Assembly: GCA_037447605.1 (NCBI GenBank)
Contig: CM074808.1
Span: forward strand, 2,356,001 to 2,420,000
Reading direction: 5' to 3'
Length of the DNA stretch: 64,000 nt
Origin: Zygnema circumcarinatum SAG 698-1b
Taxonomy: Eukaryota; Plantae; Zygnematophyceae
Shown here: positions 28,449 through 40,000 of the stretch, piece by piece
How positions within the stretch are numbered: the stretch's first letter is position 1
Layout of the letters: every line of letters begins with the position of its first letter
The notes under the pieces: model-generated
What the model was told of the DNA's origin: nothing
Databases searched by the model: none
Seen by the model: only the letters and a program-made list of their open reading frames with translations
Position numbers and translations under genes: made by a program

Positions 28449-29666
28449 CTACCGACCTCACGATCCACCTGGAGCAGTCGCACCTGCCAATGACACGCAT
28501 CGCAATAAGAGTCGTGAGACACATTCATTATCAGAAACACGGGCCTGAAGTGAGGCTGACCAAACTTCCAGTTGAAGTGTTTTAAATGACGACAATGAAG
28601 AGACACGTGCAGAACTCGTGATGAATAAGAGACCATGATAGAGATGTGATCCCATGGCGGAAGAGTCAATTGTCAGTCAAACGAGGCAAAAGGGCTGCGA
28701 TGGTTTCTACTTACAATGATCAATTCCTCTAACGTTGCTCATACCACTCAATCCACGTCTGGCACTACCCCCACCACCACCGCCACCCCTCCCGCCACCG
28801 GGCCCACCGGGACCTCCTCCACCTCCACCACCACCTCCATTGTAACCGCCCCACTTCCCGGTACCTCCTCCACCCTTACCCTTTGACTTCTTGACGGAAG
28901 CATCGGGCTGCAAAGACAAAGAAACATCAGCTTATCAGATGGCAAAAGTCTAGAGACTTCTGCCACAAAAGGTTGCATCCTGAAGGGGAGAAGAAAAAAT
29001 CCACAAGGAAACTGCATGCAAGGTTTGCCATTCTAAAAATACTTCCGGGACTTCTTCATCCACCAGGGCGTGTCCCCTTGTCACAGTTCCACTTTGACAT
29101 CCATCAGAAGTAACTCACAAAACAGAAAGACCCTTGATTTCCAGGGGGAGTTTACCCAAAGCAATGAATTCGAACATTCAAGAATTTATTCTCCAGAAAC
29201 GTCCATGAAAGCATGTCTGCTTCCTCAGGAATCACACTGACTTTCAGTTTTGGACAAGTAACGAAATATGCTCACCTGAACAAGTGTAGAAAAAAAGACG
29301 CCGATAAGATTCAACACCGCCCAAAAGAATTCTGAGATAATACTCAACCTCCAGGGCGACCGCTTATTCACGATTTCACCTGCAGCATCCCACACCTCAC
29401 CACATCACCGAACTTCATCACCTCCTTCATCACCTCTTTCGATTTCCCTGTACCAGTCCAATCTTTCGCTCCATCCTAATCAGCGAAATCTCTCACAGAA
29501 TCCTTGCCGGAAGAACCCTTTAATGCTTGCCAAGTACACAAGTAACAATTTGCTGCTCCAAATCCCTCAGTGTGCCACATCGCCACGAGAAGCGTCCCTC
29601 TACACATCATCTAAAAGACCTCATATGCTCTGCAGGTCGTGGCGTACCTCCTACGATGTACGCCAT
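28449..29666 (-). CDS. SELENOK: Selenoprotein K (SelK/SelG family), 116 aa, Sec (UGA) at 28458-28460
   Basis: Exons 29648-29666, 29276-29379, 28715-28907 and 28449-28483 (all GT-AG, 351 nt in total) give MAYIVGGEIVNKRSPWRLSIISEFFWAVLNLIGVFFSTLVQPDASVKKSKGK...GGPGG...SNVRGIDHCATAPGGS-U-GR*. This shows the SelK signature: N-terminal xRSPWR motif, one TM helix, a Gly-rich tail and a terminal UGR, plus a downstream SECIS. Confidence 0.93.
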
Positions 29667-29789
29667 GGTCTCCCTCCACCTCCCTCCCCGCCTCCCCCAG
29701 CGCCCTCCCCCCTGCCCTCTCCTCGCCGCTCCAGCGCCAATTGGCACCTGCCGGCCGCCTTCCTCGCCTTCTCGAACTCGACCAGCAAC

Positions 29790-29900
29790 GACCGTACGAT
29801 ATTCGTACGAGCTGCCGTACTGTATCGTATGGTAAAGTACACGCCTGTAGCGTAACGGAGCTGCGTTCGACGGATCCGCGTCCGTTCAGTTGTACTTGCC
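29790..29900. promoter_or_regulatory. GTAC cluster upstream of SELENOK
   Basis: Five GTAC (CCGTACG, TCGTACG, CCGTACT, AAGTACA, TTGTACT) within ~110 bp, 130-230 nt upstream of the ATG. Confidence 0.5.
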
Positions 29901-30918
29901 ATACTCCTATGCAGTGTCACGGACCGGCCTGATCCAGGAGTGGCCGACGGAAAATGCGAGAAGGCGGCGCCAGGTGTTGGCGGCCCACGGAACAGCACAC
30001 CAGCCAGCAAGGCGCACTCGGAAGCGCCGCATAATGCCGCCGATTGTCATTTGTTGACCTATCATAAGGCTCCACGTAGTTAGTCAGGCCTCTCAGTGGG
30101 CAGTTGGCCAATCAGGGGCTGTCACTGCTAAGGCTCAAGATCTATTGTCAGTGTTAAGTAGATGGGATGTCAGTGATGCTTGTTTGTCTTTTAGTGCTGG
30201 GCTTAGTATTTGTATTTGCTGTGTGGTTTGTTGTCTTGTTCTTCTTTTCTGCCTCTTCAGCTCCAGCAACAGATGCTAAGTATGAGAGAGAGAGAGAGAG
30301 TTCCATTGCATAGAGAGAAAGAGAAAGAGTCTTCTTGCTGATAGCATTTAGACATCCCATTCAGCCCAGCCAGACAAAGATTTCAGTGAGAAGATACTTT
30401 CATTGTAATGACAATCCCCAGCCAACCGCATTTGGCTGGGGTGACTTTCCAAAATACAACCTTTATCTAAGTTGAGTCCTGTTTTCCCTTTGTTGTCACT
30501 ATGCCAAGCTACCATCTTGTGAAATCCTGCCTTATGCTCGTAGCCCAATGACCAATGATAACTAGAAGCCTAGCTAAGAGACTAGCGGGAGGCGGGGAAG
30601 AGAACCCCCAAGGAAGGGAATAATAACTGGCATCGAGGTCGGCCCGTAGGTGGGAACATCGCCGGGGATCCCTCGTCTTCATTGCGGCGTACCTCACGAA
30701 TCCAGGATCACGGCTCATCTTTGCTGAGACCAGCGGCACCAACTGACCACGCCCGTTAGTTTATTACCGGACGTAGCGGGTGGCCGTCTGACACCTGGCC
30801 CAGCACCGGTGATCTTCTCTTAACCCCACTTATCTTGGTATCAGAGCTGAAGGTTTTGCAGATCCACGTACCTTGATACGTGAGGCTGCCGATCCTGTGA
30901 CCCGTGTCACAGCCGCCA

Positions 30919-33900
30919 TGGATGAAGAGCTGCAACAAGAGGGACAAGCAGATCTCCATGAGTATTCAGATGAAGACTTGGGACCTCAAGAAGAACCGGC
31001 GATCGGAAATCCAAGAACGGATTCAGATTCAGAGGAAGAAGCAGTCAGAGAGAGACTAAAGATGGGCATCACCGAAGAGAACCCTTATCCCAGTTTGGCT
31101 TACCTTGAGCAGATCGAGTCGATTGAAGAGCTGCAGCGACTCCACCTAGGCAGTGATGGCCATAAACTTCGCTGGCGATATGCACGCAGGATGATCAAGC
31201 TTGCAGCCTGCCCAGTTGCTGTAACGGCCGCAGATGCCGTGAAGAGAGGAGTTCCGCTCAACCTGAGATCCCCCGCGGGCCCACCGTGAGACAAACCCAG
31301 GATCTCGCCGGATAACTACCTACCAGAGTCCCTTCCGCTAATGTGCCACCGCACGCAAATTCCCCACAGCCAGAGCAAGGGATTCCTCAAAGACACCCCC
31401 TCACCTCCGGGCGCTCACAACTTACCTGATCCGCGCAGCCCCCAAGCGAAGCCGCTTCGTGGGCAAGGGCAGACGACGCACCCTCCAGCTGCATCAACCA
31501 GAAGCACACACGAGTCGACCGAAGTTTCCCAAAGAAGATGGAAGAGAGGATTACCAAACTGACAAGAATGATTCCCTAAAAGAGTGAGGTGAGGATACCA
31601 CGCATCATCACAAGAGGCTTCACCGCAAGCAAGCAAGAAGACGGCTACGTGGCCGAGATACTCGAGGAAAAGGCAAACAAGTGGGGCAGACTCGGGCGAG
31701 GACCGCTGGGATCAAGTTGGGCCCTTGAGCTGGAAGGGTAGGCAGCCGCTAACTGAAGTTGTCCCCAACCGCATTGGCATGGATGTCGCCAAAGAACCTC
31801 GACAAGGATACATTCAAGCAAGCTTTCGCATAACGCTGGATTTCGTGATCCGGACACCGTGGTAATCGGATTTCGCTACATAGAATGCTACGCTGATGAA
31901 CGGCCGCTTGAATTGATCGAGCGTTTTGTGCGCGATGGCAAATACTATCGCAGAACTTGCCCCACTCTTTCCGGTTCTCCAGTTGGTTCCACAAGGCCAT
32001 CGGGCCGAAGGGATCTCCACCTTGACCGTGAGCTGCAGCGACAACCCACCAGCATGCCCGTGCCTTGTTAGAAAAGGGCAAAGCGTAATTCAAGGATCAA
32101 GAGAGAGGCAACCGACATGTACCTACCACATTACATGAACGCTGGCTGCATCCACTTTGCATAAAGATCACTTACCGCCAGCTCCTCAAGACACAAAATC
32201 GCAGCTGTATGATCCCTATGCTGGCATCTTTGTGAACAAGCCGCCTTTTCTCTCCGCATCCCCTCGCCAAGACGCCCGTCAGCTCCCTCGTGGTGCGCCT
32301 CTCGCCATAGCCAGCACGACCAAAGCTTCTCCCCTTCTTCTCCCCTCATACCCTCATGATCCCGCATATCCCATTGAGTCGGGCGGTGAATCCCCACATA
32401 CCGTGATGTTTCTTCGGCCCGTGATATCGGCCTCCTTATTCCGACGCACACCAAGAGAGAGAGGCCGCCAGGCCGACCGCTACCACGGGATGACGAGGCG
32501 TGGGGTCTCCGTGAGGGCGCCTGCCTAGCCCGCCGCGTCTCAATCATAACTGCTGCTGGGCAAGTAGCACTCATGGACCTGCACCTTTCTTCTGCTGTGA
32601 TCACTGACATGATGCCCGTGTGTGCATGCGAGACTCTCAAGTGAGACAGTTCGGGGAAAGAGGCGCCAGTTGCGGGAGCTCACCTCGCGAGATCACTCCC
32701 ATGTGATATGCTCCCACCAATTCTTTCACACCACCGAACTCCTCGCCTCGCCCGCCACCACCTCCTTTCACCCGCTACACCATCCCCGCAACGCCCCGCC
32801 ATCCACCGCACTCCCATGGACTCTCCTTCCCCGACAAACGACGGTGCCGAGCCCGATCCGCCGCTCGCTTCACGCGATCGCCTAGATTGCCGCCGGTGCC
32901 GCTGCATTGCAACCGGGCTTGGTCCAATCCCCTTATCACTTCTCGGCAGGGCGCCAAGCCCGGATACCGAGATTGTAAATGCCTTGGCGCAGTTCCCCGC
33001 CAACCAAAGTGATCCTCATTCACATCCCTTGCCATTCCTCCCTGCCAATGCCAACGGCGCCAACTCCTCTGGCACGGCTCCACCGGTCGCCACCCCTGTC
33101 CGGAGAACTTCAGTCCTCCCTCCTTCCACGGGTCATCCATTGGGATCCATGCCTGAGGAGGAAACCGACGATCTCAATGAGAGCCGATAAATGGGCGCAG
33201 CCTGTGAGCCACAAAGACTGCATAAGAAATGTGCATCGCCGATTCTCCCATCGCCTCGGCAGCCCGCTTTACCCCCAAGCACCATCGTCGCACCACCCCC
33301 GACATTAGACGGCCTATCCTCGGACAACGCATTGCTCATCGCCTCATGGGAGACAGGCTAAGATCGCATTACCGCTACGCTGGGATGCAGCCGGGTACCG
33401 TGTGCCGCAGCCGTAGTTCTGCCGGGCCGACAGCAGGCCACCTCGCTGCCTCACGTTCCTATGGCACCTCCTCCGACATCCTCACGTCGATATCCACCAC
33501 ATGGCCACGCACCTCCCTCCTCCGACCCAGCCTCGCTTCCTCCCCGCCTTCCTCCCTCGCCAGATTCGCATCCTCCTCCCATCCCAACACCTAACGCGGC
33601 ACTATTGTCACCGTATGGCTAAACGTCATCCCAACAAAGCTTCATGATTCCATACTGTGAGCTATGCCACGCTCCGCCTGGGGCCGCACGAAGGCCGCAG
33701 GGGTTGCTGGACAAGACATCTGGAGCCCAACTCTCATATGTGGGGTTGAGGGAGTTTACATGAAGGATTGGGCACGCCTCAAGGATCATCACCTTTGGCT
33801 AGGATGGTGGGGAGCCACGGTGAATGCGTGTCATCACGGCTCGCCGAAAGCACTATTCTATCCTCACCGGGCCTCAGATTGGCCTTGGCCATGGCGGGGA

Positions 33901-36262
33901 GCACAAATCGATTTTAAGTACATGTCAACAAGACTATCTCGGCCGGGCGGGATGACCGCTTCCTTCCCTTATCATCTCTCAGTCCCTTGCCACTTCCTCG
34001 CCACTTCTTCCCCCTAAACGCCAGCCACGGGCGCAAGTCTCCTACCCAAAGATCACCATGTACCATGCGGTCGGCAGCCCCCATTCTTCCTATGGATCGG
34101 CAAATTCTGATACCGATGACGAGACTCCCCCTCCTGCTCCTCCGAGTCTAGCTCTCTGTGCACCGACGGAAGAACTTTTGCCGCCGGTGATAGCTAGACC
34201 CAGCTTTCCCCCCCACGAGACCATTAGTGATGAGGAGTGGCTAGAAATAGAGGGTCGATGCGACAGTCAGCCCCCTGCACTGGACAAGCATTCATACTAC
34301 GCTTAAGTGTCGCTACCGAATCATCTTAGTTTCGCATCTACATTCACTCACATTGGCAAGACTCCACCTGAGCAGAGCACTACATCGATACGGGATGCAC
34401 CTCCCTTCGCTATGACCATGACCCCTACCGCCTACCAAGAAAGCCGGCGTCGGTAACTTACGTATCGATGAGAACGTACGCCGCTTATTGAAATCCCGAG
34501 AAGGGCCTGGGCCAGCCCGCCGCTTCGCCTCTGAAAGCCGGATGGCACACCCCGCCTCAGGGAGACCATCGGAAACTAAATGCCATAACGGCGGGATCCC
34601 TATACATTACCGATGTGGACCTCCGATTCTCCACGGGCGCGCTCTCCCCGGCGACCTAAGTGGTTCTCGCACTTGACATGCAAATCCTCTCGCGTATCCC
34701 CGCGACAGCGCCGACGCTGCGAAGACTGGCTGCATGCCCACGCGCTACTGCGGCAAGTTGGACGGTGCTTCCTTTGGGTCAAGAATCTACCAGACTACCG
34801 CCTCGCCAACTGGTGTTCGCCCCCGCTGTGCCTTCGCTAACCTTACGTGGATGATGCTTCCCTCCACAGCAAGGACTGGTCCTCCCACCTGCAACACATT
34901 GACCAAGTCCTTCAACAGCTCATCAGTGCGCGTCTGAAGATTGCACCCAAGAAGTGCAAATGGGGCCACCAGGAGATCACTCATCTCGGGCACCGCCTCG
35001 GCATCAATGGCCTGAAACCATCACTCGACAAAATTGAAGCGATTGACCTTATGCCCATTCCACAGAATCTCACTCAGCTCAAGTCTTTCTTGGGACTCAC
35101 CTCTTTCTATCGCCGGTTCATTAAGGGCTATGCCCTTATCGCGCGTCCCCTACATGCCTTGGAGAAACACGGAGTCCACTACGAATGGAGCCGAGCGCAG
35201 GAGCTGGCCTTCCAGGCGCTCAAGAGTGCCCTCCTTCAGGCTCCTTGTCTGCATCAATTCGACCCCACCCTGCCCACCATTATTGACGCTGACTAGAGTC
35301 AGACAGGCTTCGGGGCAGTGGCCAGTCAAGCATTCTCGGATGGGGAACACCCAGTCAGTTATGCTAGCAGGGTTTGTTCAGAAACCGAGACCAAATACAG
35401 CCCTACTGAGGGTGAGGCCGCGGCTATCCTCTAGGCACTCGAGAAGTTCAAGCTCTTCACGGCCTACCAGCCCGTTATCATCCGGACTGACCACATGCCC
35501 CTCACCTGGCTGCACATCATGGCTACCCTACGCCCTAAGTTTGCACGATGGGTGATGAAGTTGGAGGAGTATAATGTACTTAAGGTCACTCACCGTCCCG
35601 GCCGTAGTCACGGCAATGCTGACGGCCTCAGTCGCAATCCTTCGGCTCCCCTCCTCTGTCACGATCCGGCCGTTCCTGAACCCATCCCTCCACCCACCCT
35701 CTTGAACCCTGAGCATCTTCCCATTGAGATTTTCATTGCAGATCAAGACTTACATGATGTCATATTCGCGGATGGGCTGATCGATATTCCGGCCACGGCC
35801 ACCACCCTCCATCGCTGGCAGGACCCTGACTTCACCCACGGCCACCCCCATGCAGATCCGTGGGAAATCCTCATGGATGACGATGGCGAAGCTCCCTTTC
35901 TTCCTCCCCATTTCCCCAACGCCAATGACGTCCATTCAGACTCCTCCCTTCTGCGCTACGTCATGACCCGCACATTGCCCCCTTTTCTCACGGACACCGA
36001 GAGGGCTCGGCTGCTCCGCCGCTCTCGGAATTTCTCTGTTGATGATGAAGGACAGATTCTCTACCTCCCCTCTGGTCTTCCTGTTCCTTTCCCCAACGAA
36101 CGCATGGAAATTCTGGACGTCGCCCACGCTGCCCAGCCTGGCGGCTTCCACCTTGGCCAGAAGAAGATGGTGGCCCTGCTTCAGGAGCGCTACTATTGGC
36201 CTGGCCTCCATGGCGCGGTGAGCCGCTACATCGAAACCTGCACCCGCTGCCAACGCGGCAAG
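30919..36262 (+). pseudogene. gag-pol of the Gypsy element, with frameshifts and stops
   Basis: Short ORF fragments; the cleanest are 34847-35296 (RT thumb) and 35495-36262 (RNase H end to integrase Zn finger). TAG stops interrupt RNase H. Confidence 0.85.
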
Positions 36263-36272
36263 NNNNNNNNNN
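36263..36272. other. Assembly gap (10 N)
   Basis: N run ending in the LTR (GA)n tract. Confidence 1.
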
Positions 36273-37059
36273 GAGAGAGAGAGAGAGTTCCATTGCATAG
36301 AGAGAAAGAGAAAGAGTCTTCTTGCTGATAGCATTTAGACATCCCATTCAGCCCAGCCAGACAAAGATTTCAGTGAGAAGATACTTTCATTGTAATGACA
36401 ATCCCCAGCCAACCGCTGGCTGGGGTGACTTTCCAAAATACAACCTTTATCTAAGTTGAGTCCTGTTTTCCCTTTGTTGTCACTATGCCAAGCTACCATC
36501 TTGTGAAATCCTGCCTTATGCTCCGCCCAATGACCAATGATAACTAGAAGCCTAGCTAAGAGACTAGCCGAGGAGAGGGCAGGGGAAGAGAGCCCCCAAG
36601 GAAGGGCTCTTTGCGCATCGGGTCCAGCCGCCGGTGGGAACATCTTCAGGATCCCTACGTCTTCCGCTGCGCGTACCTCTGAATCCCCCGGATCCTGGCT
36701 CTATGCTGCAGGCAGACCCACAGCACCAACCCAACCCTTCATTAGTTTCAGCACGGACGCGCGGGTGGCCGTACAGCACCTGCAACTAGCTCAGCAGTCT
36801 TCTCTTAACCCCACTTATCTTGTGCTACACGCCCGACTTTTCAACCCTAAAATCATCCCGTACTGTACATATTTCGTCCGTACCATGCCGTACCGAACCG
36901 CAGCCAGCGGCTCGTGGCTCCGGACGGTTCGGCGCGCCCCGCCAATGAGCGACAGCCACGTGGTGGCAAGAGGCGCAAAAGGTGGAGGCGCCCTTTTAGC
37001 GCTGCGTCGAAGCGCGGGCTTCTCCGTCTCTCTGTCTGTGGGAGGGAGGGGAGGGGGCC

Positions 37060-40000
37060 ATGGCGGGGCAGGGCGGCTTGGCGCTGGCATTGGTACGGGC
37101 AGGCTGTGGAGCGCGGCCTGCTGCGCTGCTTGGATCACTCGCCGCAAAGTGTCCCCCGCGTCGGAGACCTCTGGAACTCTCGTCCATCTTTGGAGGCGGA
37201 GCGAGTCTCGTTGGAAGGGCCAAGACGTTTCAGGAGCCATGGCTTACTCGGATTCAGAGTCTTATGCAAGGTAGGCTCGAAAATTTGGTTATAAATTGCA
37301 GCTTGTGCTTCCAGTAGTAGTAGCGAATGGTATTCAGTGAACCGTATAGTTGCAGCGTTACTGAGGGCTCCTAAGTTATGGCACGCTTTCATCATTTCTT
37401 GATCAGCCTTTAACAATCCTAAATGAATAGGCACATACTAATTTTCGGAATTTAGTGCAGGATGATAGCATTAAGACTATTTTCGCAATTTGGTCATATC
37501 ATAGTGCCAATTCCACGTTTTTTTCGTCTAGTTTCTACTTTTATCGTTGAAAATTGGTGTAAGAAGAATGGCTATGCTTCTTTGAATTCTCGTAATTGGT
37601 GAATGCACGTCCTGACTTGGTCAGGCACTGTGATTCGGGGGATTGTCGAAGAATGTTCCATATATCAGCATTATGAACCAATCACAATGATGTAACCTAG
37701 GTGATTTAGCGGCAATGTCGTAGCAGGATATGGGAGCAATTGAGTTAATATCTAGCCAGCAGAGAGAAATTTGGAAGACTTTGCACGAGAATACATCATG
37801 CAGAATGCAGCAAAAAGTCTGCCAGCTGAATGCATTGTCCCATGAAACGTTTGTCAATTAGTGACAATAGTGTCAGTTGTAGACATTTGTTTGCACGCTG
37901 CAATGCACAAGGCGTTACTATGGATGCTCATTTATAAAGTAAACTTCTGGCTCATCAAGACACTTCATGGGCCTGTAATCTTTTTGTGGTTCAGCCACGA
38001 TAATTAGGAACTCGCGCTGTTCGTCACACGTAACCAGTCGATGATATGCTGTAATTCTCCAGGGCACGCTGAGTGAACGAATACATGGATGAGGAAGTTG
38101 AATCAGTGTCAAGATGCGTGATTGAAGAAGCCAGTTCGTGGATGCTTAAGGTAGTATAGTGAATCCTTAATTAATGATGTTTATAAGGAGATGTGGCTCT
38201 TGCAGGGTGCATTGCAGCACTCCCCACGCAAAACAAAGAGCAATTGCTGAAGGGCGTGTCGAAGGATCATATCCTTCTCGCTTCTCGAGTGCTGGACCAG
38301 GTTGCGTTCAGACCTCAGCGACTGCAGAATGGATCATCCTTGACATGTACGCAGTTGTCCCTAGAGCTGTCTGCCGTTTGATTTCTGTACATATATGACA
38401 ATTATATAATTACAATACATTATAACAATAATTTATACAATTGTTATTATTATTCGGTGAGTTTTTTTAGCAATTTATGTAATGTTATAAATTATCACGA
38501 TGTACTTCAATTTGTATCAATTACAATTGATTACAGCGAGCAGATGCGTGTGTTTCAAGACACACGTGTATATTTGAACTACCTCGATTGACCGAGCTTT
38601 GGTCTTGAGAATTGAAACCATACAGCTGTTTTTAGTGACAAGAGCACTCGTCAATCTGTACCTGGGAAAATTCCATTGGAGCTGACTCAGTTTGAACGCT
38701 TTGTGCTGATTGCAGGCAGTAAACGCCGCAAGCCAGTGGAGTGTGCAGCACACGGACTTCCTAACGCCCCCTGCGAGGGGGGACGTGCTCATGGTGTTGA
38801 ATCGGCTGACCGAGGTCGGAGCTGTTGTGTCAGGGGGATATGCCGAGGTCAGGACGCACCCTCCTCCCTCTCGTCAATCGTATTCACTGAATTTGTTGTC
38901 ATCTAGAGGACAACTGAAAGTCGTCGGTCGGTATGCTGCCGTATGGTCTGTGTTCCGAGTGTTTTTTTTTTGCTGACTAGTTCTAAGCGTACTTGTCTAC
39001 TCCGGTGAGCAGAAAAGATAGAGCATGCTGATACGTGATCACAATGTGGCTGAAAGCAGGCTGAGCGATGCCGTCTTTCAGTTGGAAATTTAGAGGCTTT
39101 GGAACTCCTTTCTCAAGAGGCCGGAGAGGGTTATCCCGGCGCTGTTGCGGCCATCAAGTGAGTTTCCATTTCTGTTACTCAGTACCTGCATGCCCTTTGT
39201 AAGTGTGATGAGGGTCTAGGTTGTTTAACCAGAAGAACACTTGGGTGCATCAATGCAGAATTGCAGGCAACTTTGCGTTTGATTCTGCAGCCCATGGCGA
39301 CTTTCTGGGAGCCGTGCTAGGCACTGGAATCAAGCGAGAGAAAGTTGGCGACATCATTGTGCAGGTCAGTATGCAAACGTTGGTATTCGTCATCCTACTC
39401 TTTGTGTTTGTGATTGTTTTTTCATTATCCTCAGCGGAGGCAGGAGGATTGGGGTGATCCCTGGGTTTCACCAGACAATGTCAGCCTCAGTATTCATGTT
39501 TTTCTTGTCCTGTGTACGCCTTGTGCCCACCTTCTGATAGAAGCAGCGAGAATTCAGTTGGAAGGGTTCAGCGGGATGTAGTACAATTCAGGAGCACCGC
39601 TACCAGTAGCACTTTGTAACATCGTTCTGGAGATTGAAATTGTGATGGTTCATTTTGCATCTTGCGTGAGCAGAGCAGAAGAACTAGAGTGCCCTTGCTT
39701 ACTGAATGTGCTCAGTCCCAAACGCAATTTTTAAAGGATAATCGTGCGAAACACAAGTGGTGGTAAGCAAGAAGATGCCCCAGAGTGCACGTTTGTTGAT
39801 GTTATTTGTTCGTTCAGAACACATGTGATGTTTTTAACTACATGCCGTGAAATGCAAACTGTTTTCTAGCATGTGGAGGTAGAATTGAACTAGGGCGCTC
39901 TCAGCGTAGTGGCAAAGGGACTATACAAGGTATTCAATATTGTGCAGTTATTAGTATTGTGCACCCTTCCCTTGAGTGGCAACGGCGAAGTTCGGACACA

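Larger units (their letters stand above)
30120..36820 (+). mobile_element. Ty3/Gypsy LTR retrotransposon, degenerate; integrase core and PPT lost in the gap
   Basis: 5' LTR 30120-30835; PBS TGGTATCAGAGC 30836-30847; partial 3' LTR 36273-36820. Internal order: gag-like, protease (GLLD-T-GAQLSYV, ~33700), RT (YVDD ~34846; LKSFLGLTSFYRRFIKGYALIARPL), RNase H (HPVSYASR...YSPTEGE), then integrase HHCC (H..HLG..RYYWPGL..CTRCQ). Confidence 0.92.
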
